A stretch of DNA of 63,919 bases, filler included, from Octopus bimaculoides (GCF_001194135.2; 6 parts of 5 records of this genome joined end to end with filler, not necessarily neighbours in it), one strand, 5' to 3'; positions 1 through 12,615 are shown, counted from the whole stretch's first letter. The notes: a model not told the origin generated them from the letters alone. Translations and numbers: made by a program.

Positions 1-306
1 ATATATATATATATATACGTATGTATATATGTATATATACATGTATGTATGTATGTATGTATGTATGTATATGCACATTTGTAGGTGTTTGTGCTTGTCC
101 CCTTTCGCTTGACAGCCGAATCGGTAAGAGGAATCGACAGAATAAGTAAGAGACTAAAAAAAAAACTGTACTGGATTCGATTTGTTCGACTAAACCCTTC
201 AAGATGTGCCTCATAAAGGCTGCTGTCCAATGATTGAAAGAAGTAAAAGATAACAATATATGCATATACATATACATGCATACACACACACATGTATACA
301 TGTGTA

Positions 307-1201
307 GGATCTATTTTAAAACGGGGGCGCCAGTATTTTCTTAACGAAACACTAACGAAACACTTTGAAACTTGGGACACTGGTAGAATGTGTCATATAA
401 AACATCTTTTACTCCTAGTCTTCTTAACAAAAAAAAGGAATTCGCCAGTTATTCCATGTTAAAGTTGTCGTATTTCTGTAATTTCAACCAATTACTGACG
501 TCTATTCAGCTGAATAGAGTTACTGCTTGGCGGCCATAAAAATGTTATTCCCTGTGACATATTTCATCCGGTTTAATCGTAATTTATACGCATATATTGT
601 TTATATAATAAATTACGCTGTGCGTATCTATGTGTGTAACAATTTTATAGTTCGGATTCTAGAGTTAGGGTTAGTTTTAGGGTTAGGGTTACGGTTACGG
701 TTACGGTTAACAGTCTAGTTAGGGTTAGNNNNNNNNNNNNNNNNNNNNNNNNNNNNNNNNNNNNNNNNNNNNNNNNNNNNNNNNNNNNNNNNNNNNNNNN
801 NNNNNNNNNNNNNNNNNNNNNNNNNNNNNNNNNNNNNNNNNNNNNNNNNNNNNNNNNNNNNNNNNNNNNNNNNNNNNNNNNNNNNNNNNNNNNNNNNNNN
901 NNNNNNNNNNNNNNNNNNNNNNNNNNNNNNNNNNNNNNNNNNNNNNNNNNNNNNNNNNNNNNNNNNNNNNNNNNNNNNNNNNNNNNNNNNNNNNNNNNNN
1001 NTTCAACTGAATAGACGTCAGTGATTAGTAGAAATTATCGAAATAAGACAATTTTTTACATGAAATAAATTCGAATACAAAAATATTTTTCTGTTCTATA
1101 ACACAAAATAGATAAGTATACGAAGTTTGAAAGTCTTTCCGTACCAAAAACACTACATAAAACATAAATGAAAACTGGTGCCCCCGTTTTAAAATAGATC
1201 C
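307..1201. mobile_element. Non-autonomous DNA transposon (foldback MITE), Merlin-like or hAT-like
   Basis: 28-bp TIRs GGATCTATTTTAAAACGGGGGC(G/A)CCAGT at 307-334 and 1174-1201 (27/28 match). 8-bp TSD CATGTGTA at 299-306 and 1202-1209. Imperfect inverted similarity continues inward (about 460-515 vs about 1002-1065). A GG terminus with an 8-bp TSD fits Merlin. Confidence 0.8.
665..728 (+). repeat. Interstitial telomere-like (TTAGGG/TTACGG)n tract inside the MITE
   Basis: gttagggttagttttagggttagggttacggttacggttacggtt...ttagggttag, running into an N gap. Confidence 0.8.
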
Positions 1202-1265
1202 CATGTGTATGTGTGTGTGTGTATGTATGAATATACATACAAACATATAGACAGATACAAATAAC

Positions 1266-1305
<40 letters not shown>

Positions 1306-2013
1306 CATACATACATACATACATACATACATACATAGGCAGGCAGATGACTGGCAGGCAGACAGACAGACAGACAAATAGATAGTCAGAAAGGCAGACA
1401 GACAGGCTGGCAGGCAGATAGATAAATAAATAGATAGATTAGATTAGATCTTGTAAAACCAAGTACATGAGCGTATATACGATTTTTTATTGTTCTTAGT
1501 AGACAAATAGTTATAGGAGTGACTCAAGGTCGAGAGTTTCATGCATGCCAATAACTTCTCTTCCATTTACTTTTGAAACTTTTTTTTACGGATTAACAAT
1601 AAAATAGCATACATACATTCAGGCATACATACATACATACATACATGTGTGTGTGTGCATGCGTGTGCGTGTGTGTGTGTGCGTGCGTGTGCAAGCGAGT
1701 GTGCGTGTGTGTGTGTGTTGTGTGTGTGTGTGTGTGTGTGTGCATGAACACTGGTATGTGTTCGTTGATTTTTCAGTATATACACGCTTTAATGCACACA
1801 TTATCCATGAACATACATACACACATGCGCACACACGCACACACACACACACACATACGCACACACACATGCACATACACACAGTCATTGTTATACTGAT
1901 GGCAGCGCATGTAGCTACCTATCTCGTAATAGTTTTATATGCTGCATGAAACTTATATTCATAGAAATATACGTACATATATAATACATGCGAATACATA
2001 CATATATATATAT

Positions 2014-2054
<41 letters not shown>

Positions 2055-3784
2055 NNNNNNNNNNNNNNNNNNNNNNNNNNNNNNNNNNNNNNNNNNNNNN
2101 NNNNNNNNNNNNNNNNNNNNNNNNNNNNNNNNNNNNNNNNNNNNNNNNNNNNNNNNNNNNNNNNNNNNNNNNNNNNNNNNNNNNNNNNNNNNNNNNNNNN
2201 NNNNNNNNNNNNNNNNNNNNNNNNNNNNNNNNNNNNNNNNNNNNNNNNNNNNNNNNNNNNNNNNNNNNNNNNNNNNNNNNNNNNNNNNNNNNNNNNNNNN
2301 NNNNNNNNNNNNNNNNNNNNNNNNNNNNNNNNNNNNNNNNNNNNNNNNNNNNNNNNNNNNNNNNNNNNNNNNNNNNNNNNNNNNNNNNNNNNNNNNNNNN
2401 NNNNNNNNNNNNNNNNNNNNNNNNNNNNNNNNNNNNNNNNNNNNNNNNNNNNNNNNNNNNNNNNNNNNNNNNNNNNNNNNNNNNNNNNNNNNNNNNNNNN
2501 NNNNNNNNNNNNNNNNNNNNNNNNNNNNNNNNNNNNNNNNNNNNNNNNNNNNNNNNNNNNNNNNNNNNNNNNNNNNNNNNNNNNNNNNNNNNNNNNNNNN
2601 NNNNNNNNNNNNNNNNNNNNNNNNNNNNNNNNNNNNNNNNNNNNNNNNNNNNNNNNNNNNNNNNNNNNNNNNNNNNNNNNNNNNNNNNNNNNNNNNNNNN
2701 NNNNNNNNNNNNNNNNNNNNNNNNNNNNNNNNNNNNNNNNNNNNNNNNNNNNNNNNNNNNNNNNNNNNNNNNNNNNNNNNNNNNNNNNNNNNNNNNNNNN
2801 NNNNNNNNNNNNNNNNNNNNNNNNNNNNNNNNNNNNNNNNNNNNNNNNNNNNNNNNNNNNNNNNNNNNNNNNNNNNNNNNNNNNNNNNNNNNNNNNNNNN
2901 NNNNNNNNNNNNNNNNNNNNNNNNNNNNNNNNNNNNNNNNNNNNNNNNNNNNNNNNNNNNNNNNNNNNNNNNNNNNNNNNNNNNNNNNATATATAAAATG
3001 GGACTAGAATGCAAAACATCCAGGCAGTTAGGTGATACAAAAAAGGGACAACAAAACATCCAGATAGACAATACAAAGAAAACATGGACGGGTCATTCGG
3101 AGCTTTCTTTCCTCAGTCGAGTTCCAGATTATCTTTGAAGTTTCGGCTGGTTATACTCGAGATTGCTCTAATCTGGCCAGCCCCAAGGAAAAACTAAGCT
3201 AAGAGCATTAGATTCCTTGGAAGAAAAAAAAATATATATACACATACATACGTACATACATACTCACGTGCACCTTCATACATCCACTCACGCACGCAGA
3301 CACTTGCACATAAACAAATTTGTTAACCTGTGTGGGAGTGAACTCGCATTACCGCATCGTGTCTGACTGAATATCTCTCCTTTGCTATGATAAAAATCCA
3401 TTCATTATGTATGTGTGTAGATATCAATGTGTCTGTGCGCGCGTGCGTGCTGTTTTGTATGCTTGCATGTACCTGTAATATTTCCTATTCAGTTTATATG
3501 TAGTCATTTATGTAAATATGATTTAAAGCGGTGCAAGGAACAAGTACATGTATGTATGTTTATCTGGCTTACTATCGATTATATATAAAATGCATTAAGT
3601 AATCATCGTATTCCAATTTCCTTCACTTTTCAATGATACAGACACAACACAGACTACGCTTTCAGATTTTTTGGATAAAGTCTTCTGAAATAACCCAATA
3701 AGTTTACCATTAACTCCGTGAAATATTCATGGGTCCCGCTAGTTATTACAATTGTTGTTGTTGTTGTTGTTATTGTTGTTGTTA

Positions 3785-3870
3785 AGGCGAAGAGCCGGCA
3801 ATATCGTTAGCGCACCGAACAAAATGCTTCGCCAGTATTTCGCCCGTCTTTGCATTCTGAGTTAAAATTC
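3785..3870 (+). mobile_element. SINE family C 5' head fragment (duplicated at 4370-4450)
   Basis: aggcgaagagccggcaatatcgttagcgcaccgaacaaaatgc...ttctgagttaaaattccgccgag is similar to the heads at 17890 and 26755. Confidence 0.65.
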
Positions 3871-4587
3871 CGCCGAGTTCTTGGTTTTGATTGTTTAAGC
3901 AGTAGTAGCAGCTGAGAAAGAAGAAGAAGAAGAAGAAGAAGAATTTTAGGTTTCTCATTATTTTCTGCTGACTGTAGTGTTGGACCTTTTCATAATATGT
4001 TGTGTCTTCTAATGTGATTTAGTACTAGAGTTGTATAGTATACCGTGTCCATTAAGACAACTGCACTCCCTTTATCGGCCTCTTTGATTGTTATTGTTTT
4101 ATCATCTTTTAATTTGTTCATCTCACCCCATTCTTTTTTGCTGAAGTTTGGCTTGTATTTTTGTTTGTGTATATGTTGATATGGGTAATTCGAGATGTAT
4201 TCATAGAAATGGTCAAGAATTTTGTTCTTACATTTTGAAGGGGTGTAGTTACTTCTATTTCTGACTAACGATTCGTCCTCTTTGTATTTGTCGTGTAGTT
4301 CCTTAGTGAGTCGTAATTTTCTACAGAATTCCACGACGTCTTCATTCATTTCGTTGTTGTTGGGACGTTGAAGAGCCGGCAATATCGTTAGCGCACCGAA
4401 CAAAATGCTTCGCCAGTATTTCGCCCGTCTTTGTATTCTGAGTTAAAATTCCGCCGAGTTCTTGGTTTTGATTGTTTAAGCAGTAGTAGCAGCTGAGAAA
4501 GAAGAAGAAGAAGAAGAATTTTAGGTTTCTCATTATTTTCTGCTGACTGTAGTGTTGGACCTTTTCATAATATGTTGTGTCTTCTAA
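3789..4587 (+). repeat. Direct duplication, 3789-4012 and 4370-4587
   Basis: Copies are identical except for one C/T difference and (GAA)8 vs (GAA)6. Confidence 0.9.
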
Positions 4588-6043
4588 GGTGGGTGTAAAC
4601 TTGAGCCCTTTGGAGAGTATGTTGATTTTGCTTGCTGTTAGTTCTTTGTGAGTGGAGGCGCAATGGCCCAATGGTTAGGGCAGCGGACTCGCGGTCTTAG
4701 GATCGCGGTTTCGATTCCCAGACCGGGCGTTGTGAGTGTTTATTGAGCGAAAACACCTAAAAGCTCCACAAGGCTCCGGCAGGAGATTGTGGCGAATCCT
4801 GCTGTACTCTTCCACCACAACTTTCTCTCACTCTTACTTCCTGTTTCTGTTGTGCCTGTAATTCAAAGGGTCAGCCTTGTCACACTGTGTCACGCTGAAT
4901 ATCCCCGAGAACTGTGTTAAGGGTACACGTGTCTGTGGAGTGCTCAGCCACTTGCACGTTAATTTAACGCGCAGGCTGTTCCGTTGATCGGATCAACTGG
5001 AACCCTCATCGTCGTAAGCGACGGAGTGCCAACAACAACAAGTTCTTTGTGAGTTAGATTGATGATTTTTATCACTTTTGGTTCTTCCTGTCTGTCTGCT
5101 GCTATCTCGTGTCTCTGTGTTTGCATATTGAGTTTCAAAAACGATTGAGATGATCGGATCGGTAGCTGTTATGTAGTTATTCCCTGTTGTTGTGTAGTGC
5201 CCTGTTATGATTTATGGTGCGGATTCTTGGAAGGGTATTGAAAGGTGTGTCTCTATATTCCATGATCGGATGTGGTGTTTTAGGGGACTGTCGTTGGTAA
5301 TTATTACGTGTGGTACGGGTTTGTTGTGCGTGGTTGTTTAGTAGATTGTTGGAACGAAAATTTCGTTGGTAACTACTTATGGAGGGGTAGTTGCAATGTC
5401 TATCCTGCGGGTAGTGATGTTGTTTCGCTGGTGAGTTACTAAGTTAGGGTTAGGTCTTGTATTCTTTCTTTTGGTAGGGATGATGGTTCCGTTTCTTTTA
5501 GATAGGTGTGAATTTGTGTTTGAGTGTTGTTTCGATTTTTTTATTTTTAGGAAAGGGTTGTTGGAAGCATATTCTGTTTGAAAGGCAGTTTCATAGTTTG
5601 AGAACCAAGTGGCGCTTTTTTCCCCAGCGTTGGAGGGATCTCAGCTCTTCTTTATCACAATCCTCTTTCCATAGTTTGGAGATCTCTAGATCGGGGCCTT
5701 GAGTCATTTTGTTAATTTCTAGGTTGATCTCTTCGTCGATGTATTTTACTTCAACTTCATTCGTCTGAGCCCTCAATTTTAGAAGTTCTATTTCCATCTT
5801 CATTTTTTTCCAGTGCTATTCTTTCCCTGGGGCGTCTTTGCACCTCAGGTTCATTTATAATGGCTTTGATCAGGAGTTTGCGCTGGAGAATTAACAGTAT
5901 CAGATTGAGCCATTTTTCGTATATATCCGCTTTGTTGTTGTTTTGGATCATCTTGCAAAAGGCGAATAGGTAACACAGAATAGGTAACACAAATAGGACA
6001 GTAAAAACAAACAAGAAGGGCTTCTAAGCCTAAACGAGGTTGT
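3945..6043 (-). mobile_element. Penelope-like retroelement, 5' part of ORF, degenerate and interrupted
   Basis: Minus-strand fragments ILSKGLKFTPT, EDVVEFCRKLRL and TITIKEADKGSAVVLMD are typical PLE pre-RT/RT-start motifs. Interrupted by a SINE (4652-5040) and a local duplication (4370-4587). Confidence 0.8.
4652..5040 (+). mobile_element. tRNA-derived SINE family A, full length, with TSD
   Basis: Head gtggaggcgcaatggcccaatggttagggcagcggactcgcgg with A/B-box-like motifs and an (AAC)n tail. TSD AGTTCTTTGTGA at 4640-4651 and 5041-5052. Nested in the PLE. Confidence 0.9.
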
Positions 6044-6258
6044 GGTGGCGAATGCGTAAATCAAGTTAGGACAGGAAACAAACAAGAGCACATCTTGTTC
6101 CAGCTACAACGGAGAGAAAGACAGAAAGATGGCCGATGGTCACGTGGGAGGCACGTGAGCAAGGGAGGAGGAGTGAAGGAGAGAGAGTGACAGAGTGACA
6201 ATCTCGTTTAGGCTTAGCAGCCCTTCCTGTTTGTTTTCACTGTCCTGTTTGTGTTACC
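5983..6258. repeat. About 61-bp inverted repeat at the PLE 5' end (inverted pLTR-like)
   Basis: 5983-6043 is the reverse complement of 6198-6258, with a few mismatches. Confidence 0.8.
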
Positions 6259-7089
6259 AATTTTGACCCTCAGCAAAAATCCAAAATTTTATTTAATTTG
6301 CTTTGCGTGAGCAACTGTTTTATCGAAAGCGTATATTGTTGTTAAATGCTCGAAATACGTGACTAGAAAAACAGCCAACAACTGATGAAGGGACGTTCTT
6401 TATGTTGTTNNNNNNNNNNTTTAATGTTTCGAGCCTCTTCCACAGAAAGGAACATGGAGAGAAAATAAAGAATGCGTAGTGGCTAGCGATCTATCATGGT
6501 GAATGCCGGACAGAGGGGTCACACAGGAGAGCTAGGAAGAAGGAGATAAAGTAGTGGTGATCCCAAAATGAAGGTGCACGTGCTTGTGTATAAGAGAGCA
6601 TGTATGTGCATGTGGAAGAGGATTGGTGACCTTGATATGTGTGTGTGTATGTGTGTGTGTGTGCGCGCGCGCGCACACACACACACACACACATTTACAT
6701 ACATACCCACGCACATATACATATATGGGTGTATATATACATACATGCACGTACTGATAGACAGACTGACTGTCAGACGGACAGACAGACAGACAGACAG
6801 ACAAACAGAGAGACAGATAGACAGTCAGACAAGCAGGCAGGCAAGCTGCAGGCATTCAGACAGACATTGAAAGAGCAAGTGAACTATAAAATTTTCTTTT
6901 ATTGTTATCATTGTGATTGTTGTTATAGTTTTCTTTTCTCCGCATTCAGCAGGGAAGAATGACGAGTATAAACCTTATTTCTCGTTTTCCTTCTAAATAT
7001 AGACTATAACTATTTAACCCACCTCTCAGCGAAGCAGGGCTGCTTTCTTTTTGTTCCCCACTCCCTCTCTGAACGTTTCGTTAAATAGA

Positions 7090-7238
7090 AGGCGCAGCTG
7101 TGTGGTAAGGGGATTTGCTTTCCAAACACGTCATTCAGAGTTCGGTCCCACTGAGTGGAATCTTGGGCAAGTGTCTTCTGCTATAGACCCGGGATGACCA
7201 AAGCCTTGTGAGTGGATTTGGTAGAGAGAAACTGAAAA
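7090..7238 (+). mobile_element. SINE family B (CORE-like) 5' fragment
   Basis: ggcgcagctgtgtggtaag...cttgggcaagtgtcttctgctatag...caaagccttgtgagtggatttggtag. Confidence 0.75.
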
Positions 7239-7657
7239 ATTTATACCAATAATGAGTTAGCTGGCAGATAAAATTCAGTCTGCATGTGTTTCCTAGCTAG
7301 CAGATTCTCCGATATAAATATTACTCAACAAAGGGTACTCAGCTAGATGTTCATGAAGCCGAAGAGACCTTAATTATATGAAGGTTACATTGTCGTTAAA
7401 GAATCCTAAGTTAACTCGCCTAAGATATTATTTGGAAAATTTTACTTGCTCCACTCCCACAATATCGATTGTTATTCGTGTTCATAGCGACTCAAGTTGC
7501 TAACCATGAGCAATACAAAATCTTAAAAATTCCGCTTATTGAACTACGATATGGGTAAAGCCTAGAACCTTCACCAATAAATTATTATTGTACCTGAACC
7601 AACCACGGACTGTTCGAAGCTTACAGACTTCCGATACTTATATCTTTGGATCTTATA

Positions 7658-7703
<46 letters not shown>

Positions 7704-7704
<1 letters not shown>

Positions 7705-8989
7705 TGGATCATACCATAAATAATGCAGTTCTTTTTACACATCTTTTATTTTTCAAAATTAAGATAAACAAAGTTCCCTTTTAATCTAAAATATTCTCTC
7801 CTTCATTTTCTACTATGCTCTTCTATCTATTTGGTAGACTTGCAAGGCCCGTTCCAAAATTCACTTGCCCGTGACGAAAAATGCTCCTCCAATGCTGTTC
7901 TGACCTCATCTACAGAATTCATATTTTTTCCGCCCTAATGATTTTGAAGACTGCGGAATAAATGATTCTGAGATGGGGCATATTCCGGCGAATATGGTTG
8001 GTGGGCATTGTTTCCCATATAAACTGTTCCAGCCTTTGGAATGTCATCCTCGCTGTATGTGGCCGAGCATTATCCTGATAGAACACCTTTTGTCTTGAAA
8101 CCAAAGATGGTCGTTTTTCTTCTAGCGCTGCCTTAAGCCGCTCGAGCTGCTCGCAATAGATCTCCTTTGTTATCGTTTGGTTTGGGTTTAAAAGTTCAAA
8201 GTGGACTAAACTTTTCATATCCCAAGAAACAGATAACAACACCTTACGTGGGTGAAGGTCTTCTTTATCCTGGAGTGCCGGTGTTTCTCCTTTCCCTACC
8301 CACTATCTTCAGCGCTTAACATTTTTATAGAGAACCCATTTCTCGCCACCAGTCACTATTCGGTCCAAAAAAGGTTCATTCGTGAGACGGGACAGCAAAG
8401 AAGAGCATACGTTTATTCTCTGCGCGCGATTAGACTAGGAAAGTTTGTGAGGAACCCATTGACCCAATTTGCTGACTTTTCTGATGGCACGTTGGTTTCG
8501 ATGAATGGTTAAATGACCAAATCCATGCTTCTCTGCTAGTACCTCAGCAGTTACGATGGGATTTTGTTCCACCAGGGTTTGCAGCACATCCTCGTTAAGC
8601 TCTACAAATCTTCCAGGACGAAGCTCGTCTTCTAGGCTGTAGTTTCTGCCTCGGAATTTCTGGAACCACCGTTGACACTGGCTTACATTTATTGTTCGAT
8701 ACCCATATAGTGCATTAATATTCCTCGCATTTTCCGTTGCGTTGATGCCTTTATTGAACTCATAAAGCAAAATATGCAGAATATGCTCCTCTGTCACTTC
8801 CATTAGAGCTTTGAAAAAAAAATAACTGTTAAAATCGAACCGCACTCTTCAAAACTTGCACCAAGAATAAGGCCAAGATAAAATTGCTACCTGATTTAAT
8901 AGCAAGTTGATACAGGTAGCTTATCCCATCCCCCTCTAACATTTAGTTCATGCAATTGAAAAAGTTAAATTACTTATGGGATGACCCAA
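7704..8989 (-). mobile_element. Full-length degenerate mariner (Tc1/mariner) transposon
   Basis: TIR remnants ctggatcataccataaataat (7704) and attacttatgggatgacccaa+TA (to 8989/8991), about 1.29 kb apart. Transposase motifs HILLYEFNKG (HTH), WVPHKL, IVTGGEKW, QDNARPH and PYSPEYAPSQNHLFRSLQN. Frameshifts and mutated catalytic Asp positions. Confidence 0.9.
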
Positions 8990-8996
8990 TACATAC

Positions 8997-9032
<36 letters not shown>

Positions 9033-9907
9033 ACACACACACGCACGCACGCACNNNNNNNNNNNNNNNNNNNNNNNNNNNNNNNNNNNNNNNNNNNNNN
9101 NNNNNNNNNNNNNNNNNNNNNNNNNNNNNNNNNNNNNNNNNNNNNNNNNNNNNNNNNNNNNNNNNNNNNNNNNNNNNNNNNNNNNNNNNNNNNNNNNNNN
9201 NNNNNNNNNNNNNNNNNNNNNNNNNNNNNNNNNNNNNNNNNNNNNNNNNNNNNNNNNNNNNNNNNNNNNNNNNNNNNNNNNNNNNNNNNNNNACACACAC
9301 ACACACACACACACACATGCACTTAGTATTTCAATTCGTTGTTTTAATCCCCCAGCGTTTCAGGTTTCAAATAGGTAAGTGTATTTTATTTCTCAAACAA
9401 AATTTAGGCATTTTGAGCACAAGCTGTCGTGACATCAATTTCATGAAATCTGCCCAAAAGCGTAAAATTTCGCCATTTTACGCACATGCACAAAAATTAC
9501 GACGACACGGGTTCGCTACCAGACTCTGTTCATTTTTACGTCAAGTTCGTCCTACCCATTAATATAGATTTTAAATTTTTGAAAAATATTGAAATTTGAC
9601 GAAAAATGTTTCATGGCTATAAACAGACATCTTATTAACGGTAATTTATTTAGCATTGTTTTGATTTGCTAAAACTTATTATCACAATTCGTTGTTTTAA
9701 TTCCCTAGCGTTTCAGATTTTAAATAGGGAAGTGCATTTTATTTCTCAAGCATTTTCTATTCAGTATTTCATGCATAATCATAGATATACTTACTGACAA
9801 TCAAACTACATTTATACCAACTACTACTTATATACAAGATTTACCTTATCGGTATACCCCGTCTTAATTTGCGAATACTTTGAAGTTCAATATATATAGT
9901 ATGAAAC

Positions 9908-12473
9908 ATTGACTCGTAAGATACGTCTGAGGCACTTTTGGTGAAATCTCTGCAGCATTTTCATATGACGTCTGCAAGCGGTCCACGTCTCACTCGAATA
10001 AAGTGCCGTCAATACAAACGCTTTAGAGACACTGATTTTTGTCTGCAGAGAAATACCTCAATCTGCCCATACTCGCTTTTCGAGATTTCCAAATACAACA
10101 CTTTCCTTCCCTATTCGATAGTATATACCTGCACCAAGACCACCATCTCTTGACAATGTGCTTCCAAGATAAACAAAGATATCAATGACTTCTAACCTTG
10201 TTCCATTCACAAAAATGTTTGGTTCAGAATATGTTTGTCCTGGCGCAGGAGTAAACATTACTTTGGTTTTCCCAAGACTAACTGTAAGTCCGAAATGTAC
10301 ATGTGCAGCGGAAAATCTGTCCGTTATATGTTGCATATACCCCTCTAAGTGTGCCATCAAATCAGCATGATCAGCGTAAAGTAACTCTTTTTAATGTGTT
10401 TTGAAAGTCTTTGCTTTGCAGTTAAACCGTATCAGATTAAAAATGCGACTAGATGTTCGAAATCTGATTCCAATTCCCCTGTTGTAATCCTTGAAATCAT
10501 ACCAAAGCAATGCAGCAAAATAAATAGAGAAAAATGTAGGGGCAGGAATATCTCCGTATTTGACACCGTTGTCCACCGAAAATTCATGAGATAGCTCACC
10601 ATTAAAAACTACTTGAGCTTTCATGTTTCTGTGCAGTTCCTTAAAAATGCTCACAAAATGTGCTGAGCAACCAAGTTTACACAAAACAGTCCACAGTGCC
10701 TCTCTGACCTGGTATAGTGGCATTTGTTCCTCTAAGCATTTCTCCTGAATCTGTCTCGCAGAAAATATAGCATCCATTGTTCCTCGTTCTGGTCTGAAAC
10801 CACATTGTTCTTCAAGAATCACATGTGGACACACATTCTCAACAAGACGATCGAACATGATTCTTGAAAGTATCTTCCCGATATGTGCCAGGAGAGTTAT
10901 CCTTCAAGAATAACTACACCCTGTTTTTGGGCCCTTACCCTTGTATACGGAGATTAGAATGCCATTTATCTATTCCTGTGGCACAGAAGATTCATTCCAA
11001 ACTCGAGTTATCAGGCTATAAATTTCAGATGAAATATGATCCCTACCTGCTTTCAGAATTTCAACTAGAGTACCATCCAACCCAGGAGCTTTACCTGATC
11101 TCAGTTTATATAATGCCAGATTTACTTCTTCAATGGCAGGTGTATCGTTCATGTGTTGCATAATCTCTCTTTGCGGAATGTTGTTTATGATATCCATGTT
11201 CACTCAAGAAAGATTATGGAAAATGTCTGCAAAATATTCTCTCAATCTATTCATTATTCTAGGAGGATCTTTAATAACCTCATTTCCATCTTTTGACTTC
11301 AAGGGAACATATGATGATGAAGACTGCGGTCCAAAAGCTTGCCACAATAAATTATAGAAACTTTTAATGCCTTTCCTATCATAGACCGCTTGTACTTCCT
11401 CAGACAAATTTCTCCACCAAGTGTCTTTAAGCCTCCTGAGTTCTTTTTGAAAGTCTGCGTTCTGAGACTTGTACAACTTTTTGCACTTTGTTCTTTATGT
11501 TTGGGTCAAGAAGCTTTTCATGAGTGGATCTCTTTGTTGCTAAAAGCTCATTTGTCACCATATCATTGGAATCAAACCAGTCTCGGAGCTGTCTCCTCTT
11601 AAAACCTAACACCTCTGATCCTATTTTATATGTTCCATCCCGAAAAGATTCCCATGGACCATCAAAATGAACATTGCTGCATCTCTTCTGAAACAACTGC
11701 AAAATTTGTGGTTGTTTTAGCTGCTCTACATCAATTTTCTTTGGTACTCGTACACCTGCACTACGAATCTTCTTGCAGACTCTGAGCTTGATCTTAGCCC
11801 TAACCATCTTGTGATCAGTATCACAATTAGCATCTCGCAAGGCTCTGAGACTGCACAAATCTTGTAAGTTAGCTTTCCGAGTTAATACAAAGTCAATCAT
11901 GTGACCTTGCTTTGATCTTGGGTGAATCCAGGTAACTTCATGCTTCATCTTTGATGAAAGAAAGTATTCCCAACAACCAACCCTAGCTCTTGTTGTTCAT
12001 CTTTCCTATTCCGTAACGTCCGAATACATTCCAAGCACCATAGTCTCTACCAACACGTGCATTAAAGTCACCAAGTACAACTAACTTCTCATACAAAGGG
12101 ACTGACAGAATACTTCTTCTAAGCTCCTCATAAAATGCATGGATATTTTCCTCACTAGCTGAAAGTGTAGGAGAATAAATAGAGAAAACAGTTACAAAAC
12201 GTCCACAAGAGGGATCTGAAGTTTCCTTATGCGTTAATTTATGTTTTGTGGTTGTTCTAGGTCTTTTAGCAAATCACTTCTAATGTGCAAACTCAACACT
12301 ACCTTCCCTTTTCTCTCCCTTCGGCTTCCCAACCCAGAATAATATGAAACCTGCCATTCTTTCGACAAGATGATCTTCATCTGAACATCTTGTTTCAGAA
12401 AGAGCTGCAATATCAACATTAAGACGCCTTAACTCCTTAGTTACTAGAGCTGTTCTTCTTTCAGACCTATTTA
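9908..12473 (-). mobile_element. RTE-clade LINE, APE endonuclease + RT, truncated at both ends, dead
   Basis: RSERRTALVTKELRRLNVDIAALSETR, TWIHPRSKQGHMIDFVLTR, LRSGKAPGLDG, QCGFRPERGTMDAIFSARQIQEKC, GVKYGDIPAPTFFSIYF and FVYLGSTLSRD. Many frameshifts. Confidence 0.92.
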
Positions 12474-12577
12474 TTCTAATCGACTGGCCCCCTTCCCCAA
12501 AATTTCGGGCGTCTAGAGTAGAGTAGAAAAGAATATATATAAAAAACAAAACAGGTTGCACGAGCGAAGTCAACAGT

Positions 12578-12615
<38 letters not shown>

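Noticed and set aside
665-728. True telomere
   Set aside because: The tract is short, degenerate and enclosed by MITE TIRs with a TSD.
3085-3200. Hammerhead-like fragments (GGCTGG/CCAGCC-GAAAC; CTGAGGA) on the minus strand
   Set aside because: Neither motif has both catalytic boxes in the correct arrangement.
4652-4730. tRNA-like sequences at SINE heads
   Set aside because: They continue into SINE bodies and tails and lack a complete acceptor stem; they are not tRNA genes.
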